Assembly: GCA_902569095.1 (NCBI GenBank)
Contig: CACFSX010000001.1
Coordinates: forward strand, 73,575-137,574
Length of the DNA stretch: 64,000 bases
Reading direction: 5' to 3'
From: an uncultured Alphaproteobacteria bacterium
Lineage (GTDB): Bacteria; Pseudomonadota; Alphaproteobacteria; Methylaequorales; Methylaequoraceae
Of this stretch, positions 38,556-49,160 are shown one piece after another. The position numbers and the translations under genes were made by a program. Under the pieces are notes generated by a model. That model was given only the letters and a program-made list of their open reading frames with translations. It was not told the DNA's origin and searched no databases. How positions within the stretch are numbered: the stretch's first letter is position 1; the number at the start of each line of letters is the position of its first letter.

Positions 38556-39101
38556 TTAATTAAATGGTATATGATATTTGAAAATTATTTGTTCAGATCC
38601 AGGATTTCTATAACCCAAACCTGCATTGGAAATATGAAAAATTCCAACGCCTACCCTTACATTGTTTTTAAATCTGTATGAAACATCCCCGCCACTTCTA
38701 AATTCTAGTGTATGTCCTAGTCTAATTTGATCTCCATCCTCATACACACCTACTGCTAGACTCGGGGAGAGTAAAAAACATTTACAATCAAAGAAATAAA
38801 GATCGGTTGATAATCCAAAGTAACCATAAAAAGCATTTTCAGTCGTTCCAAGAAAACCTAAAAGCGGCTTAATAAATCCAAATGCCTTTTCTTTTGAAAA
38901 ATATTCAAAATTGTAAGCTATTGAAGATTGATTGAAATCATCACTTCCATGTTTCATAAAATTATATATTCCTCCACCAAGGGCAATTCTATTTTTATTA
39001 TCTTTTGCTAATGACATATTGCTCAGAAAAGAAAACAAAAATATTATAACAAAAAAATTTAACTTATTCTTCATTAATTTTTTACAATAACACTCAAACA
39101 A
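38556..39101 (-). CDS. PagL-like lipid A deacylase / acyloxyacyl hydrolase family outer-membrane protein (paralog 2)
   Basis: 181 aa (likely start at the internal MKNKLNFF) with GIFHISNAGLGYRNPGSE. Alignable with the neighbouring gene over its whole length. Confidence 0.6.
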   Translation of the reverse strand: MFECYCKKLMKNKLNFFVIIFLFSFLSNMSLAKDNKNRIALGGGIYNFMKHGSDDFNQSSIAYNFEYFSKEKAFGFIKPLLGFLGTTENAFYGYFGLSTDLYFFDCKCFLLSPSLAVGVYEDGDQIRLGHTLEFRSGGDVSYRFKNNVRVGVGIFHISNAGLGYRNPGSEQIIFKYHIPFN

Positions 39102-39115
39102 ACTATCATTTAATA

Positions 39116-40564
39116 ATGAAAAATAAAATTAAATATTCCTTTTTAATAATTTCAATTTTTATTTTAATTAACTTCGGTCAAGGGTGTCAAAAAAATCCTG
39201 CAACTGGAGATAGCGAGTTTAGTCTGTTATCAGAAAGTGAAGAAGATGCAATTGGAAGAAGTGAACATCAAAAAATTATTAAACAATTCGGAGGAGAGTA
39301 TCAGAATCCAAAATTAAAAAATTATGTTGAGAGCTTAGGAAATTTTTTAGTTAGCACATCAGAACTTTCGAATAAAAAGTTTACATTCACAATCTTAGAC
39401 ACCCCTATAATAAATGCATTTGCACTCCCAGGTGGGTTCGTTTATTTGACAAGAGGTTTAATATATCTATGCCAAAATGAAGCTCAGCTAGCTGGAGTTA
39501 TTGCACATGAAATTGGACACATAACTGCTAGACATTCAGCGAGAAGATATACGAAAAGTATTGGAACCGGAGTCCTATTGCAAATTCTGAATGTTTTTTC
39601 ACAGAATAATTTTGTTAACAATCTTTTAGGTCAGTCAGCTCAATTATATCTTTTATCTTACTCAAGGTCACAAGAATATCAAGCTGATCAGCTAGCTGTA
39701 AGATATATGATAAGAGCAGGATTTGATGCAAAAGAAATGGCAAATTTTTTGAGAATAATGGAAGATTACTCAGAGGTTCAAAGAGAAATACTTAAAATTA
39801 AGAATAAAGTTTCTGAGCTCTTAAAAACTCACCCTAATTCATCAAAGAGGGTTCAAGAGGTAATTGAAAATTACAAAGGACAGACTCAATTAAATCCAAT
39901 CGTAGGGGAAGAAATTTTCTTAAAAAAGATTGATGGTATTATTTATGGAGACAGACCAGAGCAAGGGTTTTTCTATAGAGATAGTTTTATACATAAACCA
40001 CTGGGATTTAGATTTTCATTTGATAAGGATTTCTATTTTATCAATAATCCAAAATCGTTGATTGGAATCACCAAAGAAAAAACAAAAATAATTTTTGATC
40101 TTCACCAAGAGTCAGGAAAAAATAATATTGATTACGTAAGTAAATGGTTAAAAATTGATAAGAAACAGATTTTAGATTTTGAATCAAGATCTGATAATGA
40201 TTTTAATATAATTATAGGAAGATTTGAGAAAAATAAAAAAACCTTTGTTTTTGCAACTCTTCAAGAGAGTCAGGAACTAATTTACCGATTTCTGTTAATT
40301 AGTAGAAAGGAGGAATTAAAAAATTACAATGAAAAATTTAAGAAAATGGTTTTTAGTTTTTCAAAATTATCAGAGATTCAAAAAAAATCACTTAAACCAC
40401 CAACTATTAAAGTTATAACAGCTCCGTCGCGTCCAGAATTGATAGAAAATGTAATAAATAAAATGAATCATCAAAGCATGCACTCTGAAAAAATTTTCAC
40501 AAATCTAAATGATTTTAAAGACGGTAAATTTAAGCCAAATCAAAAAATTAAGACTATTTATTGA
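39116..40564 (+). CDS. M48-family zinc metalloprotease (lipoprotein)
   Basis: 482 aa with lipobox GQG|C and HEIGHITARH (HExxH), followed by a long uncharacterised C-terminal region. Confidence 0.75.
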   Translation: MKNKIKYSFLIISIFILINFGQGCQKNPATGDSEFSLLSESEEDAIGRSEHQKIIKQFGGEYQNPKLKNYVESLGNFLVSTSELSNKKFTFTILDTPIINAFALPGGFVYLTRGLIYLCQNEAQLAGVIAHEIGHITARHSARRYTKSIGTGVLLQILNVFSQNNFVNNLLGQSAQLYLLSYSRSQEYQADQLAVRYMIRAGFDAKEMANFLRIMEDYSEVQREILKIKNKVSELLKTHPNSSKRVQEVIENYKGQTQLNPIVGEEIFLKKIDGIIYGDRPEQGFFYRDSFIHKPLGFRFSFDKDFYFINNPKSLIGITKEKTKIIFDLHQESGKNNIDYVSKWLKIDKKQILDFESRSDNDFNIIIGRFEKNKKTFVFATLQESQELIYRFLLISRKEELKNYNEKFKKMVFSFSKLSEIQKKSLKPPTIKVITAPSRPELIENVINKMNHQSMHSEKIFTNLNDFKDGKFKPNQKIKTIY

Positions 40565-41058
40565 TTTAGCAACTCTTCAAGTTTTGTTTTTGCAATTTTT
40601 TTTTCTAGATTTTGAACGGCGGCATATTCATTGCTCAATCTGTTTAGAGCGGTAAGATAGATTTGTCTTTCAGAGTATGACTGTTGTTCTAAGGAATCTT
40701 CTTTTTTATGCAGGTCTCTAACAACTTCAGCTATCAGAACTGGATCCCCACTATTGATATTTTTTTCGTATTCTTTTGCTCTTTTAATCCACATATCTTT
40801 TTTTACGGATGGTTTCTCGGCCAAGACATCTAATGCTTTTGAGAGTCTATTTTTATTACTTAATTTTCTTAACCCTGAACTTGAGGCTTTTTCTTTTGGA
40901 ATTCTTAGCTTCATTTTGTCTTGTTTAAAATTTATTAAAATAAAATCTTGCATTGATCCATCTATGTCGTAGGTGTCAAAATTTTCTATCTCGCCTACAC
41001 CATAAGTTGGATAGACAACTAGATCTCCAATATCTAGCTCTAAAGCTTTTTTTTTCAA
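40558..41058 (-). CDS. CarD/CdnL-family RNA polymerase-binding transcription factor
   Basis: 166 aa. GDLVVYPTYGVGEI N-terminal Tudor-like domain. Confidence 0.8.
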   Translation of the reverse strand: MKKKALELDIGDLVVYPTYGVGEIENFDTYDIDGSMQDFILINFKQDKMKLRIPKEKASSSGLRKLSNKNRLSKALDVLAEKPSVKKDMWIKRAKEYEKNINSGDPVLIAEVVRDLHKKEDSLEQQSYSERQIYLTALNRLSNEYAAVQNLEKKIAKTKLEELLNQ

Positions 41059-41122
41059 TACTTTCTCCTTATAAATAAAGGGTGAATAATATAATAAACT
41101 GAAGGATAATTAAAGATAATTG

Positions 41123-41461
41123 TTAAGAACCCTTTCCTGGGTTTGGACTAAAATGTTTCTCAAACTTTCCTTTAACGTCTTTCCATTCGTCACTATCGGA
41201 AGGGGGAGTTCCCATTTTATTTATATTTGGCCATTTTTCAGCGTATTCTCTATTTATATCAAGCCATTTTTGTGCATCATCGCATGTGTCATCACTTATT
41301 GCCTCTACTGGACATTCAGGTTCGCACACCCCACAGTCAATGCACTCATCTGGATGAATAACAAGGAAGTTTTCACCTTCGTAGAAGCAGTCCACAGGAC
41401 AAACTTCAACACAATCCATATACTTGCATTTTACACAAGCATCTTTTACTACATATGGCAT
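41123..41461 (-). CDS. fdxA: 7Fe ferredoxin (3Fe-4S / 4Fe-4S)
   Basis: 112 aa. [23 protein letters not shown]...[12 protein letters not shown]. Confidence 0.92.
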   Translation of the reverse strand: MPYVVKDACVKCKYMDCVEVCPVDCFYEGENFLVIHPDECIDCGVCEPECPVEAISDDTCDDAQKWLDINREYAEKWPNINKMGTPPSDSDEWKDVKGKFEKHFSPNPGKGS

Positions 41462-41514
41462 GGTTTATTATATAGAACAGAAAAAATACTAATTCAAGCT
41501 AATAACAAGACATT

Positions 41515-43848
41515 TTAAGAATCATAAATTTTCTTAGGATTTTTAAAAAAAATTTTTTCAAACTTATTATTTGGTAAAAATGAAAATTTTTGTTTTTTGA
41601 AAAAATAAACTTTTTTCGATAGAGATTCAAAATATTGATGATCAACTAAAAAATGTTCTTTATTAATCTGAATTTTGTAAAAGCCTAATTTTTTGTAAAA
41701 GTTAAGAGTACTTTTAATACTATTTTTTAAATTTAGACAAAAAATAGGTTCATCTATAAACTTTTTCATTTCATACTTAAAAAAAATATTTATAAGCATT
41801 TGTTTTAAATGACTAAGTTTATTACTGTTAAAATAAAAAAAATTTATTCCAACTCTGAAACCAAACTTTCTATATTCTTTTAATTCTTCCGAGGTTAATT
41901 GTTTTAAAAAATTGTCAATATTTTTTCTTTCACAATGCCCCAAATTTTCAAGAACGCTAAAGTTAATTGCTCTGCAGGCACCGTTTTTTTTTATCTCTTG
42001 AAGTTGATTTATAAATGGAAGCTCTTTTCTAATTACGAAATTTAAAAAATTCAAAATTTTCAATTTAATATCTTTTTCAAAATTTAGAAAAAATTTATCA
42101 AGAAAAACTTCAAGTCTTGGTTTTATCAAAGATTTATCTTTCAAAAAACAACCTATAACATCTTTTTTCCAAAGAATAGTCCCATCAATTTTAAATTCAA
42201 AAGAGAGAAAGCTGGCATTTAAAAATTCGTTTTTAATTTTTAATGAAAATTCTATCAAGCTTTTCTTTAGTATTTTGTTATTAAAAATACTTTTACTTTT
42301 TTTAAAATTTTGATTTATATCAAATTTTAAACCGTTTATGCAGCCAATAATTTCTTTTCCAAAAAAAATTTTTTTTTTCTCAAATCTGACAATATGGTTT
42401 GATTGCATAAAATTAGTTGAATTTTCTAATTCAAAGTTTTTATACTCCCCAATAAACTCAGTCATAAGCTCTTGATGTAATTTTAATGCAAACTGAAGTT
42501 CAAGTTTTTTTACTTTCTTTTGAAATCTTTCACCATCTTTTATCCATTCTTTTTTAAAAGAAATAAACGACCATGTTCTTAGTTGTGACAACTTATAGTT
42601 GAGCTCTGGGATTTTTTTTGTAAAACGATTAATTTCTTTCAAGTTTTGTTTTAGCCATTCATCCGGAATACATTTATTTTGACTAACAAGGTAAAAAAAT
42701 ATTTTCTTTAAAAATCTTGTATGATATTCATCTAAATTTTTAGAGTAATCAGGTACACTACATATTTCCCATAGTTGTTTTAAGTGGATTGGGTTTGTTA
42801 AATTTTTTTTGAACTCATTCTCTTCAAGAAATATTTTTACATATCTATGATCATTCCCATCATTTTTAAGTTTTAAATATTTTTTGTTGGGTCTAACGCA
42901 TAATGATTTTAGTAAATTTGATGGTGAACTAAAATTTAATTTATTATTTCTCCAGAAAATTTTTTTAATTTCAGTGAATTCATAATTTTCTACAAAATTT
43001 ATAATATCATTTCTTAAGCTCTTTAAATCACATGTTGTCCCAAAGTATCCGTCATTAAAGTGTCTTCCTGCTCTACCAGCAATTTGCGCAATTTCATCAT
43101 ATGTTAAATATCTACCATTTAACCCATCAAATTTTTTTATGTCGGAAAAAAAAATATTTTTTATGTTAAGGTTTAATCCCATCCCAATAGCATCAGTTGC
43201 AACAATATAGTCAACTTTACCATCCTCGAATAATTTTACTTGCGCATTTCTTACGTCCGGAGACAACGCACCCAAGACAACTGATACTCCACCATGTGAT
43301 TGTTTAATCTTATTTGCTATTTCATAGACATCAATTTGAGAAAACGCAATCACCGCCGATCTTTTTGGAAGTCTAGTTAGATTTTTGTAGCCTATATAAG
43401 ACAGTTTCGACATTCGTGGTTTTTTTTCAATTTGAATATCTGGATATATTTTTAATAAAATTTTTTCTATACTTCTTGAGCCTAAAAACAATGTTTCTTT
43501 GATACCTCTATTATTTAAGATTCGTTTAGTGAAAATATATCCTCTCTCATAATCTGCAGCCAATTGCACTTCGTCGATAGCAACAAATTCAAATTGTAAG
43601 TTTTCTGGAATTGATTCTACAGTACAAAAAAAGTACTTTGCATTTTTTGGAATTATTTTTTCTTCACCAGTTATTAATGCTATCTTACTTTCTGGTAAAA
43701 ATTTCTTTGCAAGCTCAAAGTTTTCTCTTGCTAGAAGTCTTAATGGAAATCCTATTACACCTGTTTTATATTTTAGCAAACTTTGAATTGCAGCATAAGT
43801 TTTACCAGTATTAGTTGGACCTAAAAAAGCTGAAATTTTTTTTTTCAT
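41515..43848 (-). CDS. superfamily-2 helicase, SUV3-like, with a long C-terminal extension
   Basis: 777 aa. Walker A GPTNTGKTY, DEVQ box, and a helicase C domain (AIGMGLNL, QIAGRAGR). Confidence 0.7.
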   Translation of the reverse strand: MKKKISAFLGPTNTGKTYAAIQSLLKYKTGVIGFPLRLLARENFELAKKFLPESKIALITGEEKIIPKNAKYFFCTVESIPENLQFEFVAIDEVQLAADYERGYIFTKRILNNRGIKETLFLGSRSIEKILLKIYPDIQIEKKPRMSKLSYIGYKNLTRLPKRSAVIAFSQIDVYEIANKIKQSHGGVSVVLGALSPDVRNAQVKLFEDGKVDYIVATDAIGMGLNLNIKNIFFSDIKKFDGLNGRYLTYDEIAQIAGRAGRHFNDGYFGTTCDLKSLRNDIINFVENYEFTEIKKIFWRNNKLNFSSPSNLLKSLCVRPNKKYLKLKNDGNDHRYVKIFLEENEFKKNLTNPIHLKQLWEICSVPDYSKNLDEYHTRFLKKIFFYLVSQNKCIPDEWLKQNLKEINRFTKKIPELNYKLSQLRTWSFISFKKEWIKDGERFQKKVKKLELQFALKLHQELMTEFIGEYKNFELENSTNFMQSNHIVRFEKKKIFFGKEIIGCINGLKFDINQNFKKSKSIFNNKILKKSLIEFSLKIKNEFLNASFLSFEFKIDGTILWKKDVIGCFLKDKSLIKPRLEVFLDKFFLNFEKDIKLKILNFLNFVIRKELPFINQLQEIKKNGACRAINFSVLENLGHCERKNIDNFLKQLTSEELKEYRKFGFRVGINFFYFNSNKLSHLKQMLINIFFKYEMKKFIDEPIFCLNLKNSIKSTLNFYKKLGFYKIQINKEHFLVDHQYFESLSKKVYFFKKQKFSFLPNNKFEKIFFKNPKKIYDS

Positions 43849-43868
43849 CTTTAATTTAAATAGTAAGT

Positions 43869-46472
43869 TTAAATATTATTTAAAACATATGGAAGAATTC
43901 CGTTACTTTCAAAGTATCTGATTTCCTTTTCTGTATCAATTCTCGAAATAACATCCACATAGAACTTTTCCCCATTATGCTTTTTAACCTCTAACTTTTT
44001 TTTTATGTTTGGTTTCTGGAGATAATCTCTGAGTTTTCCAATGTAAAAAATTTCCTTTCCGTGAAATTGAATTTTTTTTAGATGATTACCATTAATTTGT
44101 AGTGGTAAAACTCCCATACCAACGAGGTTCGATCTGTGAATTCTTTCAAAACTCTCTGCGATCACGACTTTTACACCAAGTAACTTTGTTCCTTTTGCAG
44201 CCCAATCTCGAGATGAACCTGTGCCATATTCTTTTCCAGCTAAAACGACTAAAGGAATATCTTCTTCCTGATATTTTTTTGCTACTTCATATATTTCATT
44301 TTCTTTATCGTTTTTATAGTGCTTTGTGTATCCTCCAAATTTAGAAACCATTTTATTTTTTATTCTGATATTTGCAAAAGTTCCTCTAGTCATTACCTCA
44401 TGATTTCCTCTTCTGGCACCATAAGAATTAAAATCATCAACCTTTATTTGCCTATCTCTCAAATATTTCCCGGCCGAACTATCTTCCTTAATAACACCTG
44501 CTGGAGATATATGATCTGTGGTAATTGAATCTCCAAGAATCAATAGAGGTCTAGCTTTGATGTCCTTCAAAAAATCATTTTTATCAAGATTTAAAAATGG
44601 AGGTTTTTTTATATATGTTGAAGTCAAAGACCAATCGTAAGTAGAAGATTTTTTAACATTTAATTTTTCCCACTGTTTGTCTCCCTGAAAAATATTAGAA
44701 TAATTCTTTCTGTAAAAGTTTCTTTTGACGTGTTTTTTGAGAATTATGTCAGCTTCAACCTTTGAAGGCCAAAGGTCCTTGAAAAAAATTTTTTTTCCTT
44801 TAGAAACACAAATTGGATCTTTATTAATGTCAATATCAATCCTTCCTGCAAGAGCATAAATTACAACAAGTGGAGGAGAAGCAAGAAAGTTTGATTTTAC
44901 ATGAGGGTTTATTCGTCCTTCAAAATTTCTGTTACCAGATATAATACTGCATACATTTAGATCGTTCTTAATAATCTCTTTTCTTACTTTTTCATCTAAT
45001 GGTCCTGAATTTCCAATGCAGGTTGTACATCCATATCCAATAATATTAAATCCAATTTTATCTAAATATTTCATCAAATCTGATTCTGAGAGGTATTTAT
45101 CTACTACCTTGCTTCCTGGTGCAAAAGAAGTTTTGACCCACCAAGGGGTTTTGAGTCCAAGTTGAACAGCTTTCTTAGCAATTAGGCCAGCCATCACTAA
45201 GACAGATGGATTTGAAGTATTTGTACAACTAGTTATGGCTGCAATACAAATTTTCCCATGAGTTAATTTATCAAAATCCTTTGCGTAACTCTTTTTTTCA
45301 TTTTCCAAATGTTCTGAAAATTTTTTTGGAACATTTAATAAATTGATTTTATCTTGGGGTCTTTTTGGTCCTGATATGCATGGTTGGATAGAGTTCATAT
45401 TTATTACAATGTTTTCGTCATAATCAATCTTTTCTGATCCGTAATGCCAAATTTTTTGGGCTTTAGAATATTGCTCTACAATTTTGATTTGTTGCGAAGT
45501 TCTTCCTGTAATATGCAAGTAATTAAGAGTTTCTTTATCGACAGGAAAAATTCCACAAGTCGCTCCATATTCAGGAGCCATATTGGAAATCGTAGACCTT
45601 TCCGACAAACTCAAAGAACTTAAACCTTTACCATAGAATTCAACAAACTTTCCGACAACATTGTGATTTCTTAATTTTTCAGTAATATTTAAAACTAAAT
45701 CTGTAGCAGTTAAGCCATCCTTTAATCTACCTTCCAGTCTAACGCCCACAACTTTTGGGAGTTGCATAGAAATTGGTTGACCCAACATAACAGCTTCTGC
45801 CTCAATCCCTCCCACACCCCAACCTAAGACTGATAAAGCGTTGACCATGGTAGTGTGACTGTCAGTTCCAACAACAGAATCCAAAAATAAGAGATTTCTT
45901 TTCTTTTGAACAATTTGAGCTAGATACTCTATATTAATTTGATGACAAATACCTGATCCAGGTGGAAATAACAAAAAGTTTTTCAAAGAGCCTTGAGCCC
46001 ATTTTAGTAATTTATATCTTTCTGTATTTCTCTCGTATTCTTTTCTAACATTGAAATTTATAGAATCTTTTCTTGAATAACTGTCTACATTTATTGAATG
46101 ATCTATGACTAGACTAACAGGTATGACTGGATTTATTTTATCAGGATCTTTTCCCAAACTTTTCACTTTATCCCTCATCGCAGCTAAATCGGCAATTGCT
46201 GGAACACCGGTATAATCCTGCATTAATACCCTAGTAGGAGAAAATAAAATTTCTTTACCTGCTTTCCTTTTAATAAGGTTTTCTATATCTACTTTTTTAA
46301 CTCCTGTGCTATCAATGTTTCTAATCAAATTTTCCAGAAGAATTTTGTAAGAAAAGGGTAACTTTTCTAATATAAAATTGAGTTTTTTTTCGGCCTTTTT
46401 TAAACTTACAAAATTATAAGAATTTTTTTCAACTTTTAGGTTGTCTGTAAAATTTGTTGTTGTTATTTTCAT
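43869..46472 (-). CDS. acnA: aconitate hydratase A
   Basis: 867 aa. Aconitase Fe-S cluster Cys motifs (ITSCTNTSNP, GCTTCIGNSG). Confidence 0.93.
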   Translation of the reverse strand: MKITTTNFTDNLKVEKNSYNFVSLKKAEKKLNFILEKLPFSYKILLENLIRNIDSTGVKKVDIENLIKRKAGKEILFSPTRVLMQDYTGVPAIADLAAMRDKVKSLGKDPDKINPVIPVSLVIDHSINVDSYSRKDSINFNVRKEYERNTERYKLLKWAQGSLKNFLLFPPGSGICHQINIEYLAQIVQKKRNLLFLDSVVGTDSHTTMVNALSVLGWGVGGIEAEAVMLGQPISMQLPKVVGVRLEGRLKDGLTATDLVLNITEKLRNHNVVGKFVEFYGKGLSSLSLSERSTISNMAPEYGATCGIFPVDKETLNYLHITGRTSQQIKIVEQYSKAQKIWHYGSEKIDYDENIVINMNSIQPCISGPKRPQDKINLLNVPKKFSEHLENEKKSYAKDFDKLTHGKICIAAITSCTNTSNPSVLVMAGLIAKKAVQLGLKTPWWVKTSFAPGSKVVDKYLSESDLMKYLDKIGFNIIGYGCTTCIGNSGPLDEKVRKEIIKNDLNVCSIISGNRNFEGRINPHVKSNFLASPPLVVIYALAGRIDIDINKDPICVSKGKKIFFKDLWPSKVEADIILKKHVKRNFYRKNYSNIFQGDKQWEKLNVKKSSTYDWSLTSTYIKKPPFLNLDKNDFLKDIKARPLLILGDSITTDHISPAGVIKEDSSAGKYLRDRQIKVDDFNSYGARRGNHEVMTRGTFANIRIKNKMVSKFGGYTKHYKNDKENEIYEVAKKYQEEDIPLVVLAGKEYGTGSSRDWAAKGTKLLGVKVVIAESFERIHRSNLVGMGVLPLQINGNHLKKIQFHGKEIFYIGKLRDYLQKPNIKKKLEVKKHNGEKFYVDVISRIDTEKEIRYFESNGILPYVLNNI

Positions 46473-46507
46473 AAATCTTCTAAGTTTTTTTATTAAGGTT
46501 TGTTGCC

Positions 46508-47179
46508 ATGGTTTTAGAAATTATATCGGTTTATTTTCGCAGAAATAAAAGATTAATTTTTCATAACTTTAATTTAAAATTAGGAAAATCTCAAATAATC
46601 ATTTTGATTGGAGAAAATGGGGTTGGGAAAAGTAGCCTTTTTGATCTATCTGTAGGAATACTGAAGCCTGAAAAAGGTATTATCAAAATTAATGAAATTC
46701 CGATAAACGAAATAGACCTAAAAAAAAAAGATTTGTTTATATATCTCCCTCACAAAGATTCGCTAAAAGATTATCTTAGTGTAGAAGAAAACTTGTTAAA
46801 TTGGCTGGAACTTATAGGTATGAAAATTCGAAAAGAGAAGCTTTTAAACTCTTTAAAATTTTTTAAATTAAACGACTTAAGAAATAATTTAATTGGGAAT
46901 TTGTCTCAGGGACAAAGAAAAAAAGTTTCATTAACCAAGCTTCTTCTTACCAAATGCAATTTATGGATCTTAGATGAACCTTTTAATGGCCTAGATATAG
47001 ATTCTATCAATAAAACAAAAAAAATGATTTGTAATCACAAAGCAAATGGAGGATCAATTCTGCTAGCGAGTCACATTAATTTGAATATCGAAGGATCAAA
47101 GAGAATATTTATAAAAAGTCCAAAATTAAAGATTAGCAACAAAATAGCCAATTTTGATACATGGGAAAATATAAAGTGA
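46508..47179 (+). CDS. ccmA: heme exporter ATP-binding protein CcmA
   Basis: 223 aa. GENGVGKSS, LSQGQRKKV. First gene of the ccm cluster. Confidence 0.85.
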   Translation: MVLEIISVYFRRNKRLIFHNFNLKLGKSQIIILIGENGVGKSSLFDLSVGILKPEKGIIKINEIPINEIDLKKKDLFIYLPHKDSLKDYLSVEENLLNWLELIGMKIRKEKLLNSLKFFKLNDLRNNLIGNLSQGQRKKVSLTKLLLTKCNLWILDEPFNGLDIDSINKTKKMICNHKANGGSILLASHINLNIEGSKRIFIKSPKLKISNKIANFDTWENIK

Positions 47180-47841
47180 AACTTGATTTTTTTAAATTGG
47201 TTAAAAGAGAAATAAGAATTATGCTTAAAAATTTTTCTATTATTTACTCTTTTTCAACTTTTTTTGTAATAGCATCTTTAATATTCGTTTTTTCAGTAAA
47301 TGATATTTCTTATGTAAAAATTTTTTACAAATCTATTGTCTGGATTGTTTTAATTTTTTCAATCATGCTTGTCTCAGAAAACTTTCTAAATGAGGATTTT
47401 AACGACGGAAGTTTAAAAGAACTTCAGTTTCTTGGTTTTAGTGAAGAAAGTATTATAGTATCTAAAAGTATGGCAATGTGGGTTATGATCATGATTCCAA
47501 TGCTTTTTTTAGTGCCACTTGTATTTGTATTCTTTCAAATCACATTAAATGAATTATTAACTCTCGTTATTAACTTATTGCTTGCAACACCTAGTTTAAC
47601 TTTAATTTCAATACTATCGTCATTGTTTTCTGTTCAACTTAAAAGGAATAAGATTATTCAATTTGTAATTATTTTACCATTTTTCATACCTATGATTATA
47701 TTTACAACCTCTAGTGGAACTTTATTTGAGAGCAATAATTTAAAAGAAAATCAATTTTTAATTTTAATTGGGATTTTTTTTATTACATTACCAGTATGCT
47801 TAATGGCTGGAAGATTAATTATGAAGGAGATAAATAAGTGA
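47161..47841 (+). CDS. ccmB: heme exporter membrane protein CcmB
   Basis: 226 aa polytopic protein lying between ccmA and ccmC. Confidence 0.8.
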   Translation: MGKYKVKLDFFKLVKREIRIMLKNFSIIYSFSTFFVIASLIFVFSVNDISYVKIFYKSIVWIVLIFSIMLVSENFLNEDFNDGSLKELQFLGFSEESIIVSKSMAMWVMIMIPMLFLVPLVFVFFQITLNELLTLVINLLLATPSLTLISILSSLFSVQLKRNKIIQFVIILPFFIPMIIFTTSSGTLFESNNLKENQFLILIGIFFITLPVCLMAGRLIMKEINK

Positions 47842-48557
47842 TTTTTAATTTAGCAAACCCTTTGAGGTTTCAAAGATTAATCGAAAAGATTGAACCGATA
47901 ACATTGAACATTGCAATTATTTTGCTTTTGGTTGGCTTATTTTTTTGCTTTTTTGGAAGTCCTCCAGATTATCTTCAAGGAGAAACTGTTAGAATTATGT
48001 ATATACATGTTCCATGTGCATGGTTTTCATTAATGATATATTCAATCATAGCTTTATGTAGCATTTTTTCGATTGTATTTAAGCATACACTTGCAGATTT
48101 AATTTCAAGATCTTGTGCACCCATAGGGGCTTGCTTCACTTTGGCTACATTGTTGTCAGGTTCAATTTGGGGGAAACCAACTTGGGGGACATGGTGGGTT
48201 TGGGATGCAAGACTTACATCTGAATTAGTTTTACTTGTTATCTATGTAGGACTAATAATTATAAATAATGCTTACGAAGATAAATCAAAGGCTGACAGAT
48301 ATTCGTCAATTTTAGCAATAATAGGTATTATAAATCTTCCAATTATTAAATGGTCTGTAGATTGGTGGAGCACTCTTCATCAACCAGCCAGTATCTCCAA
48401 GTTTTCATCTCCATCAATAGATTCATCAATGTTATTACCATTATTTATAATGACTTTTTCCTTTTTATTTTTCTTTATTTCAATTTTATTAATAAGAGTA
48501 AGAGGTGAAATAATACAACGAAAAATTGAAGTTATAAGATTCAACAGGATGGCGTAA
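47838..48557 (+). CDS. ccmC: heme exporter protein CcmC
   Basis: 239 aa. Trp-rich WGTWWVWDARLTSE motif. Confidence 0.9.
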   Translation: MIFNLANPLRFQRLIEKIEPITLNIAIILLLVGLFFCFFGSPPDYLQGETVRIMYIHVPCAWFSLMIYSIIALCSIFSIVFKHTLADLISRSCAPIGACFTLATLLSGSIWGKPTWGTWWVWDARLTSELVLLVIYVGLIIINNAYEDKSKADRYSSILAIIGIINLPIIKWSVDWWSTLHQPASISKFSSPSIDSSMLLPLFIMTFSFLFFFISILLIRVRGEIIQRKIEVIRFNRMA

Positions 48558-48727
48558 TGAATTATTTTCTAAATTTTATTAATTCAGGTGATCATTTTTC
48601 ATATGTACTTTCATCATATTTGATTGTTTTTTCTATTATTTTACTGATATTCATTTTAAGCAATTCAAAAACAAAAAAACTTGAAAAAGAGTTCGTTAAT
48701 TTGATTAAAAATGAAGAAAAAAAATAA
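48557..48727 (+). CDS. ccmD: heme exporter protein CcmD (not in the ORF track)
   Basis: Hand translation gives MNYFLNFINSGDHFSYVLSSYLIVFSIILLIFILSNSKTKKLEKEFVNLIKNEEKK* (56 aa). It has a single TM helix. Its ATG overlaps the ccmC TAA (TAATG), and its 3' end overlaps the ccmE start. Confidence 0.7.
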   Translation: MNYFLNFINSGDHFSYVLSSYLIVFSIILLIFILSNSKTKKLEKEFVNLIKNEEKK

Positions 48728-49160
48728 AAGACTAATTACTGTTTTAATTTTTATGGCGTTCTTTGCTTTTGGATGTACGATTTTACTTATAAATTTGAGA
48801 GAAAACTTAATTTTTTTTTACTCCCCAACTGAAGTTTTTGAAAAACAGATAGAAACAACACAAATGATAAGGGTAGGTGGCATGGTGAAAGACGAAAGTT
48901 TAGTTAAAAAAATTAGAACAATTGAAGGAAGACAACTTGAAGAAATATCTTTTGTCATAACAGATTTTGAAAAAGAATTAGTTATTTCGTATATTGGAAT
49001 TCTCCCTGATTTGTTTAAAGAAGGACAAGGTGTTGTTGTTGAAGGCTTTATGAAAAATGTAGGTAACTTTGAAGCAAAGACAGTTTTGGCAAAACACGAT
49101 GAAAATTATATGCCACCTGAAATAAATGATATCAAATCGATAAAGGATAATAAAATATGA
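48711..49160 (+). CDS. ccmE: cytochrome c-type biogenesis heme chaperone CcmE
   Basis: 149 aa with an N-terminal anchor and the LAKHDENYMPPE heme-binding His motif. Confidence 0.9.
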   Translation: MKKKNKRLITVLIFMAFFAFGCTILLINLRENLIFFYSPTEVFEKQIETTQMIRVGGMVKDESLVKKIRTIEGRQLEEISFVITDFEKELVISYIGILPDLFKEGQGVVVEGFMKNVGNFEAKTVLAKHDENYMPPEINDIKSIKDNKI

